Positions 1 through 12,467 of a stretch of 64,000 bases of DNA are shown here, piece by piece. A program made the translations under genes and the position numbers. Source of the DNA: Basidiobolus meristosporus CBS 931.73 (taxonomy: Eukaryota; Fungi; Basidiobolomycota); the NCBI GenBank assembly GCA_002104905.1, contig MCFE01000057.1:124001-188000 (forward strand). Direction: 5' to 3'. Under the pieces are notes generated by a model. It did not search any database and had not been told where the DNA came from. It worked only from the letters and a program-made list of their open reading frames with translations. Numbering within the stretch: the first letter of the stretch is position 1; every line of letters begins with the position of its first letter.

Positions 1-1202
1 CTGGTACAAGGGACGCTTTCGTAGGTGTAGTCACGAACCCATTCGTAATCGTAAGACTGTACATGTGTAAGTTTCTTCACTGTAAACGCACAATCAACAG
101 CAGTCTGAAATATACCGTCTCTTCCTCCAATTCATCTGCTTTTCGTTTCTTCAGTTTCTCGGTAGCACTTTCTGTGGGAAGGAAAAATGCCAGGAATGTC
201 TCGCTAGGGTCGTGTGGATTCTGCATTGGCTTGAGGATGGAGTTGGTAGATTTCGTCAAGTCAGCATTGCTTGAAGAGGACTACAGAAAGAATGGTTGTA
301 TAAGTAAAGACATCTAGAGAATATCAAGGCGACAGGCATGCATACTTTATCCTCTACAGTTGGATCGGGAAATCCGTCGTATGAACACTGAGTATAGGAG
401 CTTCCTAAACGCTGGAAATCCGGGAATATAGGTGTGATTTCTACAGGCTTGATATTGGGGTTTTTGGGATGCTTCAGCTTGGACATCAAATCTGGATCGT
501 TTGCACTCTTGAAGGTACGCTCGACTGACGCTATCTGACCCTCCAAAGAATAGTCTATATCTTCTAAGCCCTTTGTAGCGGAAAGACCAAAGCTACGAAG
601 AACGCTGTTATTCAACTGAACCTTCATAGGCAAGAGGGAAATGGAACTTGCCTGCTTTCAACTGCTTTCCCTTTTGGAGAAGAGCGAGTAATTTCTGAAG
701 AGATATACTCGGTACGACGTAACCAAGGTACAAATTGACGTGAACGCGCGCCAAAACCCTCCGCGGGAGGTTTCACTAAGAGTGCTCGGTCCTTTGGATC
801 AAGTTTGGCACTAGGGTTGGGCTTTTCTTTAAAGCACGAAAACGCGAAAATGAGAAGACCTGCCTGAAGTGGCGACTTCAGATACTCGTGCCAACGTACC
901 TTTTCTTTTCGAAAAAGCATCGAGCTGAAAAAGATCGATGGGCATCCCCAGATCAGCATTGGTGTGTAGGGGGTATGGTGTGCTCTCTACTAGGCTGGAA
1001 TGACGGTACTCTACGAATCTCTCGGTGCTTTTGGGAACATCCAGGAGTTTAGGTACAAATGGAGGCGGTGGAAGCGCAGTTTGGTACCGCACATTGCATA
1101 AAAACTCGGCGCCAAATCTGTTTACAGGCATCGATACTTAATTCATCTAGCACTCTTTGCGAAAATAAATGTGTTGCTTAGGTACCTTTTTGAAGTAGAC
1201 AT
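1..1202 (-). CDS. PAF1: RNA polymerase II-associated factor 1 (Paf1 complex subunit), multi-exon, runs off the left edge
   Basis: Spliced N-terminus MSTSKR|FGAEFLCNVRYQTALPPPPFVPKLL, then LGMPIDL, LDPKDRALL, VPWLRRTEYISS and IASVERTF...LKHPKNPNIKPVEITPIFPDF. All are Paf1 family motifs spread over ORFs 829-1131, 624-959 and 256-633. Confidence 0.93.
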
Positions 1203-1513
1203 GATTTGTGCGATTGAAAGAGAAGTATAGAACTATTTGCCTTCGATTGACGCCAAAATATCTACACGAAATTGTGTAAAAGAACCACCTCTAGTCAAGT
1301 GAAATTTCACAAGGACACTTAACTCTCATATATAAGCGAATATTTAATTGATGAAGATAACCATTTGAATTTGATTTAATCACGTTGTTCGTATTTTTGA
1401 CTTTATTTGTTTTTACGAGGTTATTAAATATTGTATAGAAAACCAGAGCCGACGTTCCGGCCCAACTATATACATTGAAATGATAGCAAAGGTGCACGAT
1501 GTATCGCGAAAAT

Positions 1514-1912
1514 TTATAATTCTTGAGATTCACCCTCCTTCTTGGACTTCTTGGGCAACAAGCTTCCGTGAATGTTGGGAAGAACACCACCCTGGGCGAT
1601 GGTCACGTTGCTCAACAACTTGTTCAACTCCTCATCGTTACGAATGGCGAGTTGCAAGTGACGAGGAATGATTCTGGTCTTCTTGTTGTCGCGAGCGGCG
1701 TTACCGGCCAATTCGAGAATTTCGGCTGCGAGGTATTCAAGGACGGCGGCAAGGTACACGGGGGCACCGGCGGCGATACGTTGTGAGTAGTTACCCTTAC
1801 GCAAGTGACGATGGATACGACCGACGGGGAACTGAAGACCAGCCTTGCTAGAGCGAGACTTGGATCCACCAGTAACGGCCTTACCACTTTTACCACCAGC
1901 TTTACCAGACAT
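1514..1912 (-). CDS. HTA1: Histone H2A, intronless, with C-terminal SQEL phosphorylation motif
   Basis: [17 protein letters not shown]...[52 protein letters not shown]...SQEL. Confidence 0.99.
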   Translation of the reverse strand: MSGKAGGKSGKAVTGGSKSRSSKAGLQFPVGRIHRHLRKGNYSQRIAAGAPVYLAAVLEYLAAEILELAGNAARDNKKTRIIPRHLQLAIRNDEELNKLLSNVTIAQGGVLPNIHGSLLPKKSKKEGESQEL

Positions 1913-2093
1913 AATGAATTAGAGCTTTGAAGGGATCAGAAATTTGATTAGAGAAACCTCCAGGCATCCATCCGATATTTATATAAAAACGAATGTATCA
2001 CGATCATCCAATCAGCGTCACTGTATGCTAAAATCCAAAATAATGTCACTCCTGATCAATAATCGATTTGACTCGCCAATACCATCGCGTTGG

Positions 2094-2131
2094 ACGCGTT
2101 AAATAACCCTGATAAATCCAGTGATACGCGT
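2094..2131. promoter_or_regulatory. Two ACGCGT (MCB-like) elements upstream of H2A
   Basis: ACGCGT at 2094-2099 and 2126-2131, about 180-220 bp upstream of the H2A ATG. CCAAT and TATATAAA-type boxes lie nearer the start. Confidence 0.45.
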
Positions 2132-2333
2132 ACTTAAGCAAAACGCACAATTAAATTTGGATCAAGTGCTAATTAGAACCGGGATAAAATCCAAATCACA
2201 AAATTGAAATCTTCATATCCATTTAATATTAATCTTAAAATATACAAAGATGAACTGGAAGTGAGTGCAACGAGTATTATGCGTATGTGGTAAGTGATGT
2301 GCGGTGCGTGATGATGGAAATTCTGGATCATGT

Positions 2334-4185
2334 TCATGTTTGCCCAGCACTGCTGGCATGTTTAGGTGGTTGCGTACTTTGACGATTAGCTTCCTCGTTA
2401 GCAAACTCTTGCATTAGTTGTCGCTGCTTGGGCGTCATGTTTCTATATCAAGAATTAGCTCTAGGTTCTCCGGCCTGGTTCAATATAGGTATGGTTTACC
2501 TTGGAATTTCGACTTTAAGTTTAACATACTGATTTCCATAAGCCTCTCGATTTAGGATCTTGACCCCGCGGTCACGCATGACTGATATATCATCAGACTG
2601 CGTACCTGCTGGTATCTTGAGCTCTGCCTCGCCATCAAGTGTAGGGACTCTAATACAGCCACCAAGTGCTGCTTTATGAAGAGGGATAGTAGCATCAATG
2701 TATATATCCGAGCCTTTTCTTTTGAATATTTTCGATGCGGATACTCTTAATTTAACAAAAAGGTCTCCTGAAGGTCCCTTTCCATAAAGGGGCACATCTC
2801 CACTACCTGGAACTCGTATTTTGACCCCCTCATCGACACCTAAGGACGATATTAGACTTGTTGGTACAACAAGGAGTTATAGGCTATACATTTTTACCTG
2901 GTGGGACATTGACGGTAACCGTCTTATGACTTCTGACTCTTCCCATACCATCGCACAGACTGCATTTGCTTCCCGGGGGGATGTATACACCTTCTCCGTG
3001 ACACGAGGGGCAAGGGGTCGGGAATAACCCGAAGTTTATAGCCTGAGATATTTGGCCAGTACCTCCACACTGAGTGCAAGGTTCTTTCTTTTTGCCCGCT
3101 TTTAGGCCCTCTCCCTTGCATGGTTCACAAGTGGATATTGGTGTGATTGTGATGTTACGCTTAGTTCCCTTGACTGCCTCCATAAAATCAATTGTCAAAG
3201 GGACCTGGATAAACAACGTGTTATTCCATCAGCTCCTGACGGAGAATAAAGTGCATACGATAAACCACCTCCGTATTATTCCCTGATTGATAGACACCTC
3301 GGTGTGCTTTCCTTTGAAAACCGCCTCTGGTACCGAATATATTGCCAAATATATCTTCAGCATTGAATCCACCAAATCCTTCAAAGCCCTCGGAGTGAAA
3401 TCCTCCTCCAGCGTGTCGCGCAGACTTGAATCCATGACTACCACCAAAAGGGCTTTCTATGAATTGACAGAACTAGTTGAGTCTACGTAAAGTTGGGTCG
3501 AATCATTAGAAAAGTGAGTATTCACCGCTTGAGCGTCCAAATTGGTCGTAATCGGCACGCTTTTTGTCGTCAGATAGGATCTTGATACAGTAGTTAATAG
3601 TGTTAGATGGGAAATTTTGTGATGGAGAAGGCAAAGTTGCTACCTGATACGCTTCCTGCACTTTGACGAATTTTTCATGCGCACCTTCGTCCTCCTTGTT
3701 GCTATCAGGGTGATATTTTTTTGCCAGCTGAGTAGGACTTAGAGTTCAGTTTGGAAGATAGTGGTGCTAAGAAAATTCACCTGAAAATAGGCTTTCTTGA
3801 TGTCGCTTTTGGTGGCACTTTTGGAAATTCCCAACACTTTGTACGGATCCTCTTTCAGTTCTCTTGTTGGCGCTTCAAAGTATATACGCGGTTATAAATT
3901 GCCTGATTGAAAGTTTAAACCCTGGAATACCTGTTGAGTGGAAGGCTCGCTTTTGTTCGTCGAAGCAAGTGGAAGAGCGTAAACCTATCGACTTACATGA
4001 TGAGACACTAGACAATTCCTGACGAGGCGAATGCCCATACCTATCACTTCTATTCTCGATGTGTATCCGGCTATATCCCAAGAAGCATACCACGAGAGTG
4101 TGAATGGAGGTACGCGACTGCCGATTGGCTGATAATTCAGGAGGATCTTGCGTGAAGTATGGAGTGAAACCCGGCTAGATAACAT
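2334..4185 (-). CDS. MDJ1: Mitochondrial type I DnaJ/Hsp40 (Mdj1/DNAJA3-like), multi-exon
   Basis: Basic presequence [17 protein letters not shown] domain [23 protein letters not shown]|LAKKYHPD. Four CxxCxGxG zinc repeats ([32 protein letters not shown]). C-terminal GDLFVKL...[14 protein letters not shown]. Stop TGA at 2334-2336. Confidence 0.93.
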
Positions 4186-4851
4186 GCTGTTGAACTTAGG
4201 CTTTATTTTCTCTCCCTTCACCTCCTTTTAGAAAACGAAGGTCAGTGAATAGGCTCGCTAGGCTTAATGTGCTACTGATCCATACGCAGATATATTATAG
4301 GAGCTGCACCATAACAGTCTAGCTACAGGATAAGAAAACCTCAAGAATCACGTGGGAGGTGATCTCAATTGATATGGGGTAATATACAATAATTAAGGCA
4401 GCGAAGATCTTATTCAAGACTAGTCATAATCAGTAATAGATTCGGTAAGATTTCGAAAAATCATTTGTCGAGTATTTATACGGCGGCCATATATTTTGGA
4501 TAAATAAGTGAAGTTTACAAATATCATGTTAGAGGTAGGTGGTAACGATTGCTCTTGTGCTCTTGCTTTTGGATCGATTGAAAGGGGTTGACCAATGACA
4601 GTGTCAGGCGTGATTCGTATTTGATATATTTGTTTATTTTCTGGGTTAGTTTTAACCGACTCTAGTGGTCGGGGTATTCAGTATTCGGGGCACGTCAGTT
4701 ATCAGTAGCTTAGCCCATATCTTGGAAAAGGCTACATTCTGAACATACATTTCAAGTAACACCAAGACGGTTCCTCATATATTTCTTGATATTCTCTTTG
4801 AATAGATATTTTTATCTCCCCTCGTTTCACCAATACTAGTCTCCTTCCACA

Positions 4852-6915
4852 ATGCCTGAAGTCGCTAGCCTGAAGTTTTCTTTCATCCATTTCAATGATG
4901 TTTATCACATTGGGGAGAGTAAAGAGGAGCCCGTCGGCGGCGCGGCCAGGTTCGCTAATGTCGTCAAAAATATAAAAGCTGAGGCGGTGGAGAAAGGCGA
5001 GGGGGCCCCGTTGGTTCTGTTTAGCGGGGATTGTTTCAACCCGTCGCTTGATAGTTCCATCACGAAGGGAAAGCACATGGTTCCTGTGTTGAACCAAATA
5101 GGCGTCGATGTTGCCTGTTACGGTAACCATGTATGCTCGAACTCACCTTCACCTGTAGAAAATCCATAACACTAAATGTACACATGCACAGGACTTCGAC
5201 TTTGGCGTTCCCAACTTGATAAAGCTTGCTTCTCAATGCACCTTTCCTTGGCTCATCTCAAACGTCTATGACACCGATACAGGAAGGCCTATAGCTGATG
5301 GAAAGGAGTATCTCATCAAAGAGCACAATGGACTGAAGCTCGGCTTTGTCGGCTTAGTTGAGAAGTAGGTGTTTCCATGTTCTCATGCTATCCATCCCTA
5401 TTTATCCTGATCTCTCTAACAATTGCCGTTTTGTAGAGAATGGCTTGATACAATCCCAAGGTACTTTTACTTAATACCCCTCGACGCCAATAGGACTAGT
5501 CGCTGATCTACTCATTATAGCTTGCCCGATACTGCGGACTACAGGGACTTTATTGCTACCGGAAGGGAACTGAGCCAGCGTCTAAGACATGAGGAAAAGG
5601 TGGATCTGGTGATCGCGCTGACCCATATGAGACTTCCAAACGATGAGATATTGGCTCGTGAGTGTGGGGATGTTATCGATGTGGTATTAGGCGGCCATGA
5701 CCATTTCTATCACATTGGAAACGGAATTGATTTTCAGCACGACAGCAATTCCAAAGGAATGGAGATATGTCAATCAGCCAGTGATGAGAACCTGCGTGTA
5801 ATTAAGAGTGGCACAGATTTCCGAGAACTTACCGTGGCTTGTGTAACTCTCACCAATGGAGAAAAAAAAGAGATCACCTCAATAACTGGTATGTGGGTCA
5901 CCCTTACCCCACGCTATCTTACCTAATCGCCTTTTTTGCAACAGCCAGAAGAGTAGAGGTCACCAGTGCTATTGAGCCTTGTCCTAGCTTAGCAAAGATT
6001 GTTGAGGAGGTGTCATCAAAGGTGTCGACTTCGCTTGATAAGATCGTCGGCACCAGCACCACTGAATGGGACGCGAGATCAGAGACAAATCGCACCCAAG
6101 AGACAGGCATTGGCAATCTCGCGGCTGATATCATGCGAGTTGCCTATCCCGACACACATATCGGCTTTTTGTGCGGAGGCACCATCAGATCTGATAAAGT
6201 GTACCCAGCTGGAGACGTGACCTTACGGACAATCATGGATATATTTCCATTCGAAGATCCTACGGTGGTCATCCGGATCAAGGGATGCGACCTGTGGGAG
6301 GCTTTGGAGAATGGAGTCTCGATGGTGCCCAAGCAAGAGGGTCGATTCCCTCACATCTCCGGCTTAGAAATTCATTACAACCCCAACAACCCAAGTGGCT
6401 CTCGTCTAGTAAAGGCTTTCACCACTAAGCATGTATCGAATGATCTGGTCAAGGAGCCATTGGATATGGAGAAGACCTATCAGGTTGCTACCAGACACTA
6501 CATGGCCGAGGGCTATGACGGATTCCAAGCGCTCAAGCGTGGCACGGTGATTGTGGATGAGGAGAATGGGATGCCCATGAGTGTGATGTTTAGGCGCTAT
6601 TTCCTCGGTCTCAAATACATCAATGCTATCAAGTTCAAAGATAACTATCCCGAGTGTGAGGACCACCAACGTAGCGCTACTTTGCAGAGGGCAGTTGATG
6701 CATTCCGGAGCCAACTTCACAAGCACCACAACCGCCCCGAGAAGGTCAACAGACCTGTTAAAGAAGCCATGAACTGGACTCAGCCTTCCTTATCCACCAA
6801 GAATGTCTTTGTCAACTCAGGGTTCTGTGATCGGAAATCAAAGAATGAGATCATCAAAGACTGGGCTACAGTTGGGCCTCAGATAGAAGGCCGAATTGTA
6901 CAGATTCGTGACTAA
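4852..6915 (+). CDS. 5'-nucleotidase / calcineurin-like metallophosphoesterase with 5'-nucleotidase C-terminal domain, no signal peptide, multi-exon
   Basis: IHFNDVYH, LFSGDCFNPS, YGNH|DFDFG, ALTHMR, LGGHDHFY, ETGIGNLAADIMR, GGTIRSD, FPFED, GRFPHISG. Confidence 0.93.
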
Positions 6916-7060
6916 AAGAGCTGTCAATGCTCTCTCTATTCATACTCAAATCCCGGTTATTTTGGAATCATTTCTCTATTTCTCGAGTTTAGACGTTATT
7001 TATCAGTCAAGATGCGACTCATTCATGTATGTTCTTTATTTATCAAGGTCGAACGAATGT

Positions 7061-7763
7061 TTAGACCCTCATTAAAATAGCCTCCAAGTGATGTTGTAGG
7101 GGTTTTTCTTGAGTGGCCATAGCGAGTTTATAGTGCAGTTGGTTCGTTTTCGAGTCCAACGTAAAGGTTCTAAAAGACCGTAGGGCTTAGATGCTGTAAC
7201 CACCATCGAACATAGAGCGAGCGTTTACCTTGAAAACTCGGTGACGTAGGGTTTAGTGGCTGAAGTGGTACGTGCCATATTTCCGTTCGATTTCAACTCA
7301 AGAACAAGATCTCCCTGTTCATTGAATCGGGCGTAGCCTTCTTCAATGGTTACCGTTCCTAGATAAAGGACTATCTATATATCGCTTTGAAAGGGGTATA
7401 GGAGCTGACAGAAGCTAACCTGAAGTTTGGGCTATGGCAAGCTCATAGCGTTGCTCCTCTCCAGGTTCGGACTTTGGCGCACGCAAATAGCCCATTTCTC
7501 CATGCATTGGCTTAGCGGCATCGGAAATACTACATGTCTTCTGGCTATTCCGTTTAGAATAGAAGATATGTCAGTTCCTAAGGTCAGAAGGCCAAGTCAT
7601 TGCGGCCTACATACATATAGGTTAGGAAAGGTTTTGCTCCAACGGTACTAAAGGTGACTTCTTCTGAGTACTCAAAAGGAGTAATTCCTGGGTATACGCC
7701 TTTTCCTTGGCCTCTCCATTTGCCAACCAAGGGCAAAATATGCTTCAATGTTGGGGCGGACAT
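7061..7763 (-). CDS. Nitrobindin / THAP4-like heme-binding beta-barrel protein, multi-exon (missed by the ORF track)
   Basis: Translated by hand. First exon MSAPTLKHILPLVGKWRGQGKGVYPGITPFEYSEEVTF; a later exon GTVTIEEGYARF; last exon ...LHYKLAMATQEKPLQHHLEAILMRV* with the conserved C-terminal heme His. Confidence 0.85.
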
Positions 7764-8293
7764 GGTCTTTGTGAATGATACAAATTCCGCGGGGCGTGTG
7801 GCTTTTGAGATAACCGGTTTCGGTCACGTGACTGCGTTGGCGATATAATATCGCTACAGGGCATTTGAGTAACCATAAACACGTTCGAGCTGTATATATA
7901 TATATACTCGTGATGAAGTTGATTGAATGTCAATCAATACATGGCTAAGCATCTAGAACATATGTTTACTAATAACACTGTAAGCCTGTCACGGTAGCGT
8001 TCCCAACACAATATTATGTGCACTGCGTAGATACTGACAGCCCTCGACCCTTCCATAAATATGTGGTTACAAATAACACTACGACAAACAATTTCCAAAT
8101 TACCTCTGCAATCCATATATCCTGCTGCCCCTAAAATAACAATATAATCACATTAGCTCTCCCTACTCCTTGCACGCATTTCTGTATCATATAATACTGC
8201 TGTATATACTATTCCTTAGATAATCTGTCTATAGTACTATCTTTCAGCATCAAACTCGCTACTTGACTCTCACCGCCTGGAATATTACAAGCG

Positions 8294-10184
8294 ATGACAA
8301 GACCTGAGACGAGCCGCTTGCCTGAAAACTCTATAACATCCAAAAACCGTGGGCGCTGGTTAGTTTTGGGGCTAAGCGCGTTCTCTTTAACTGGAAACTA
8401 TTTTGTAAGTGAGCAGTCGTATTCTCTACTGAGCATCTTTTAATATGTGTCTAGGCATACGATATTCCAGCTGCTCTTAATGGGCAGCTGAGAGTTTACT
8501 TAGACTCTAACTATTACGACTGGCAGTATTCTCTGGCCCTTATGTATATAGCATATTCCATACCGAATATATTCTTGCCTTTGACGATTGGCCGGCTGGT
8601 CGAAACTTACGGTACATACGACCTATTAAAGGCTAGCCACGACAAGTTATTTACTCTTACACTTAATAGGCCCTCGAAAGATATTTCTCCTCCTTTCTGG
8701 AATCGTCATAACCGGGCAACTTCTTTTCACGCTCGGACTCTTTAAACGGTTTTTCCACTCATGATTCTAGGCCGCGGCTTACTGGGTGTTGGCGGAGAAT
8801 CGTTGGGTGTTGCTCAAGCTCAGATGACATACCATTGGTTCAGTATAAAGGAGCTCGGCTTTGCTTTGGGAGTAAATCTATGCTTTGCGCGATTTGGTTC
8901 AGTAATTAACGACGTTGTGAGTCCTTACATTGCCACGAACCACGGAGGTGTCCTTTCAGCTTCATGCTTTGGATTGGTGATGTGTTTGGTTTCCGGAATT
9001 TGCGCAGTATTCTTTGTTTTGGCAGATTACGTTGGTGAGGCCCAGGTCAGGTTAAAGATCCACCAAAGACTAGCAACCCACAGCGCTACCAACAAACGGT
9101 ACAGTGACCAACTGACCAGCGCTGAGAATGGGAATATACGCTGTAGCTATCTATCAGGGCTTTCGGATGGGTTTTCTCTCTTTGGTGATCGTGTTGATCA
9201 GCCTATGAGGCTTTCAGATATCTATCGCTTTCCGACCGAGTACTGGATTCTGTGCTGCATCATGGTTTGGTAAGTAGGGAATAAGATATCTATCACAGAG
9301 TCATTAATGAATCGATCATAGCTTTTATGGCTCAACCATCCCATTTATCAACATCGGTATGTTTATGTTTGGTCTGATCATTGCTTGATGGAGATTCATT
9401 TCAGTCTAACAAACCAACAAACACAGGTTCGGATCTTTTGCAGCAAAAATGGCTTGGACAAGATCCCATCACTGCTGGTGCCCTTCTCTCGATTCCTGAT
9501 TTGGTCTCCACACTGCTCTTACCATTTTCGGGTCTCTTGATGCATTTTCTTGGTTTCCGAATGGTAATCATGGTGTTCTGTGCCGGAATCATCGGCACTA
9601 TACACTGGTCCTTCGCCTTCACCGAATGGTCTCCGCTCCCTGGGTTGATCGGCTTGGGCTGCATGTCAGCTGTGTATGCCACGGTAAACTCCTTGTATGA
9701 GCCTCTCTAGGGTCACAGCCTAACCTTTCTCTAGTATTTCTGGCCCACAATCTCCCTTTTCATCGATGAAGTCTACCTTCCAACCGCGTACGCCGTAGCG
9801 ACAACGCTTCTCAACGCGTTCCTCAGCATAGCTCCACTCGTTGTAGCTTTGCTAGTGAACAAAGGCCATCAATATGTCTGGGTGGAGGGGTTTTTCTGTG
9901 GCGTTATTTTGGTGGGATTGGTGGGTTTACTCGCACTTTGGTTTTTTGACACTTGGTGGGGAAACGCTGTTCTTGCGGAGTCGAGGTGCCGTCAAAGATC
10001 CTATCAAGAGAACCCAGATTTTTCGGATTCCGAGGATGATTATTTCGAAGAAACTGAAGAGGTCTACGGTGATTCGGAAGCAAACACGCCGGAGAACCGA
10101 ATCGCTACTGATACGGGAAGAGAAAAGACCCCCCTTATTCACCGTGTCGACCCACCGACATTGTACGGCACAGAGCCATCATAG
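8294..10184 (+). CDS. Major facilitator superfamily transporter (MFSD1-like), multi-exon
   Basis: RWLVLGLSAFSLTGNYF, YDIPAALNGQL, LYIAYSIPNIFLPL, MILGRGLLGVGGESLGVAQ, LGFALGVNLCFARFGSVIND; multiple hydrophobic segments; acidic C-terminal tail. Confidence 0.88.
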
Positions 10185-10346
10185 ATTATTTATTCACTGT
10201 TTTGATTCTTCCCTCCTGTAAACATTTTGACGTACCCGCTTTGTTATATATTGAACGAAACAGCGATAAATTTATAATAATCATAAGTGCGCTGATAAAA
10301 AGGGGGATTTTTACAATTAAAATAAGTATACATTTAGGAAGCGAGA

Positions 10347-11091
10347 TCAGGTACACTCGCTAAGCTTCTGAAAGATTGGCAGGCGACAGGGCCTATGGAA
10401 TATGGAGGCATCTTCTTGGCAATCGTAGTCCTCTTGAGACTTGAAAGGTTGGTAGATTGTACCTAAATGAGTTGGCGGCATTTCATCGATGTCGTGATTC
10501 GATTTTGTCCACCACAGACCCACATCATTGGTAGTCGAGGGTGGCGTCAACTCTCCACAAAAATTCTCCAAACTATCGACATCGCTGAAGTTGCCTTCAG
10601 ATGGCTCTGTGTCCGAGCTGGCCGAAGAAATATGAATAAAGCAACACCGCTGACCATAAGGACAGGATCCTTGCTCCCAAAAGGCCTTGCACATCAACGT
10701 CTTGTACTTCGGGTGACGGGTAACTGGCCGCAACTCGCTTTCACTGTGGGCGAACTGGCATTTTGCGCCATAACTATTAACAGGCGATTAATTGCAGGGT
10801 CGAGAACGCTCCTAAAATGTATCGACTCACCGACAAACCCCAGTTTCCTCATAGTTTCGACATAGCTCGGTCTTGTAAAGAACTACCATCTTATTCATAC
10901 GTCGCCCCTCTCGTTTTGATGAAGATACGCCTTTCCGAGTGCTCTTTTGCTGCTTTGGGGGATCTTTGGGAAGCAAGAGTTAGACTAGCACTAACGTGGT
11001 GAGCAGTGAAGATTTAGTTACTGTTGTCGGTGACCCACTGATCTCCACCAATCCATGTGATGTTACAACCGAAGAAACCCTTTGAAGTCAT
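10347..11091 (-). CDS. Tandem CCCH zinc-finger mRNA-decay protein (TIS11/TTP/Cth family), 3 exons
   Basis: [17 protein letters not shown]|[47 protein letters not shown]. Probable start ATG at 11091 with a 58-nt GTAACT...CTAAC...AAAG first intron and a TATA-like box about 40 bp upstream. Confidence 0.92.
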
Positions 11092-11354
11092 AATGCTGCT
11101 TTTGGTGTTCTTCGCAAGTGTGGCCAAAGTATATATACAGGGCCAGTAAGTGATCTACTGTTCTTGCTTCATTGATGGAATTAATTTAACTTTTGTTTGT
11201 GTTGAAGAGAATCAAATCAATGTCGTTTGAAGTGATTTTCATGAATTAAAGTTCCAACAACGAGCCTTTCAGTGACATGGATACTTTGAGTGATTGTATC
11301 TTCACTGATCTTGATCGCAACCAGTTTTTCGCGTAGCACTGATCACTTGGCCCT

Positions 11355-11432
11355 TGTTCCACTCCATCCGATGCTGCTCCATCAACAATAGTGTGTTCCA
11401 CTCCATCCGATGCTGCTCCATCAACAATAGTG
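11355..11432. repeat. Perfect 39-bp tandem duplication
   Basis: tgttccactccatccgatgctgctccatcaacaatagtg at 11355-11393 and again at 11394-11432. Confidence 0.95.
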
Positions 11433-12467
11433 GACAGCGAGGTCAATCAGCCTTTGAACATATAAATCCACGCTTGTTTTGGCGTTCATTTGGCGTAGAC
11501 GCAAACTGGGAATGATTACGGGGATTTACACGAATCACCCACCTGTTATAAGAGGGGACTCGCCCATATTGCCAAAAGAACCACTTCTCCATGTTACCGA
11601 GAAATCGGCTTAAATAGTTCCGTAGGAACTCATGCAATGGAAACGCATCTAGTAACCTGTTACACGTGGATCCATCATATTAGGAATATCCTAGAGTCCC
11701 GGGTGCGAGTTCCGAGGATTTGTCACTCTAGAATTATGTTAAACACGTAGACGATGGAACGCATAACGATGCAGGCTGGAAACATATTAACCTTGTTGCT
11801 CCAATAGCAATCTCGATGTTTTCGTAATCACCTCGCTGCATTTGCTTATTAGCTGATACTAGAATCTCCCAAGTTGCATGGTCCTCGACAAATCTGGAAT
11901 AAATGATTCCATATATGAAGCGTCAGCTGATGGTGGGCCAACTTCGAGTCGATCCTTATGGGGCCAATCCTAATTGCCAGCTCTCCAAGAAAACAAACCT
12001 TCAAATGTCCAGGTCTGGCTCTCGCCAATATATAGAAATTCTTCACTCTTCCAGTAGCGAAGCACTCTTCATTCAGTATGCAAACGCGGGTGCGTCTATT
12101 TCATATTAGGAAATGGAGCCCTTATCCCTACCCTTTGCAGCATTTCCATATATCACCATAATTCATCAACTCCGAGCTGCAAAGGATTCCTTTTACTGGA
12201 GGACTTGGTGAGGCTAGATGCACAAATTACGCTTTCCACATTAGTAGGCGAGGATTGAGCCTGACAACTATATTCTTGATTTCCTTAAACAACCTGGTTC
12301 CATTAAGTTCTTTCGATCCGAACGAATCAAGAGGATTGGATTGGTCTTTGTTGATTGGCTCGCGCGAATCTCGAATCGCTTCTACGCTACTCGCCGAACA
12401 TCATAAATAGTGTGTTTGTAGAGAAATCTCTTCAGCCAGCACCGTCTCCTCTTTTACTACAATCGTC

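Noticed and set aside
10200-10346. AU-rich element in the CCCH gene 3' UTR suggesting autoregulation
   Set aside because: The best match is UUAUUUUAA (four U), not the canonical UUAUUUAWW nonamer.
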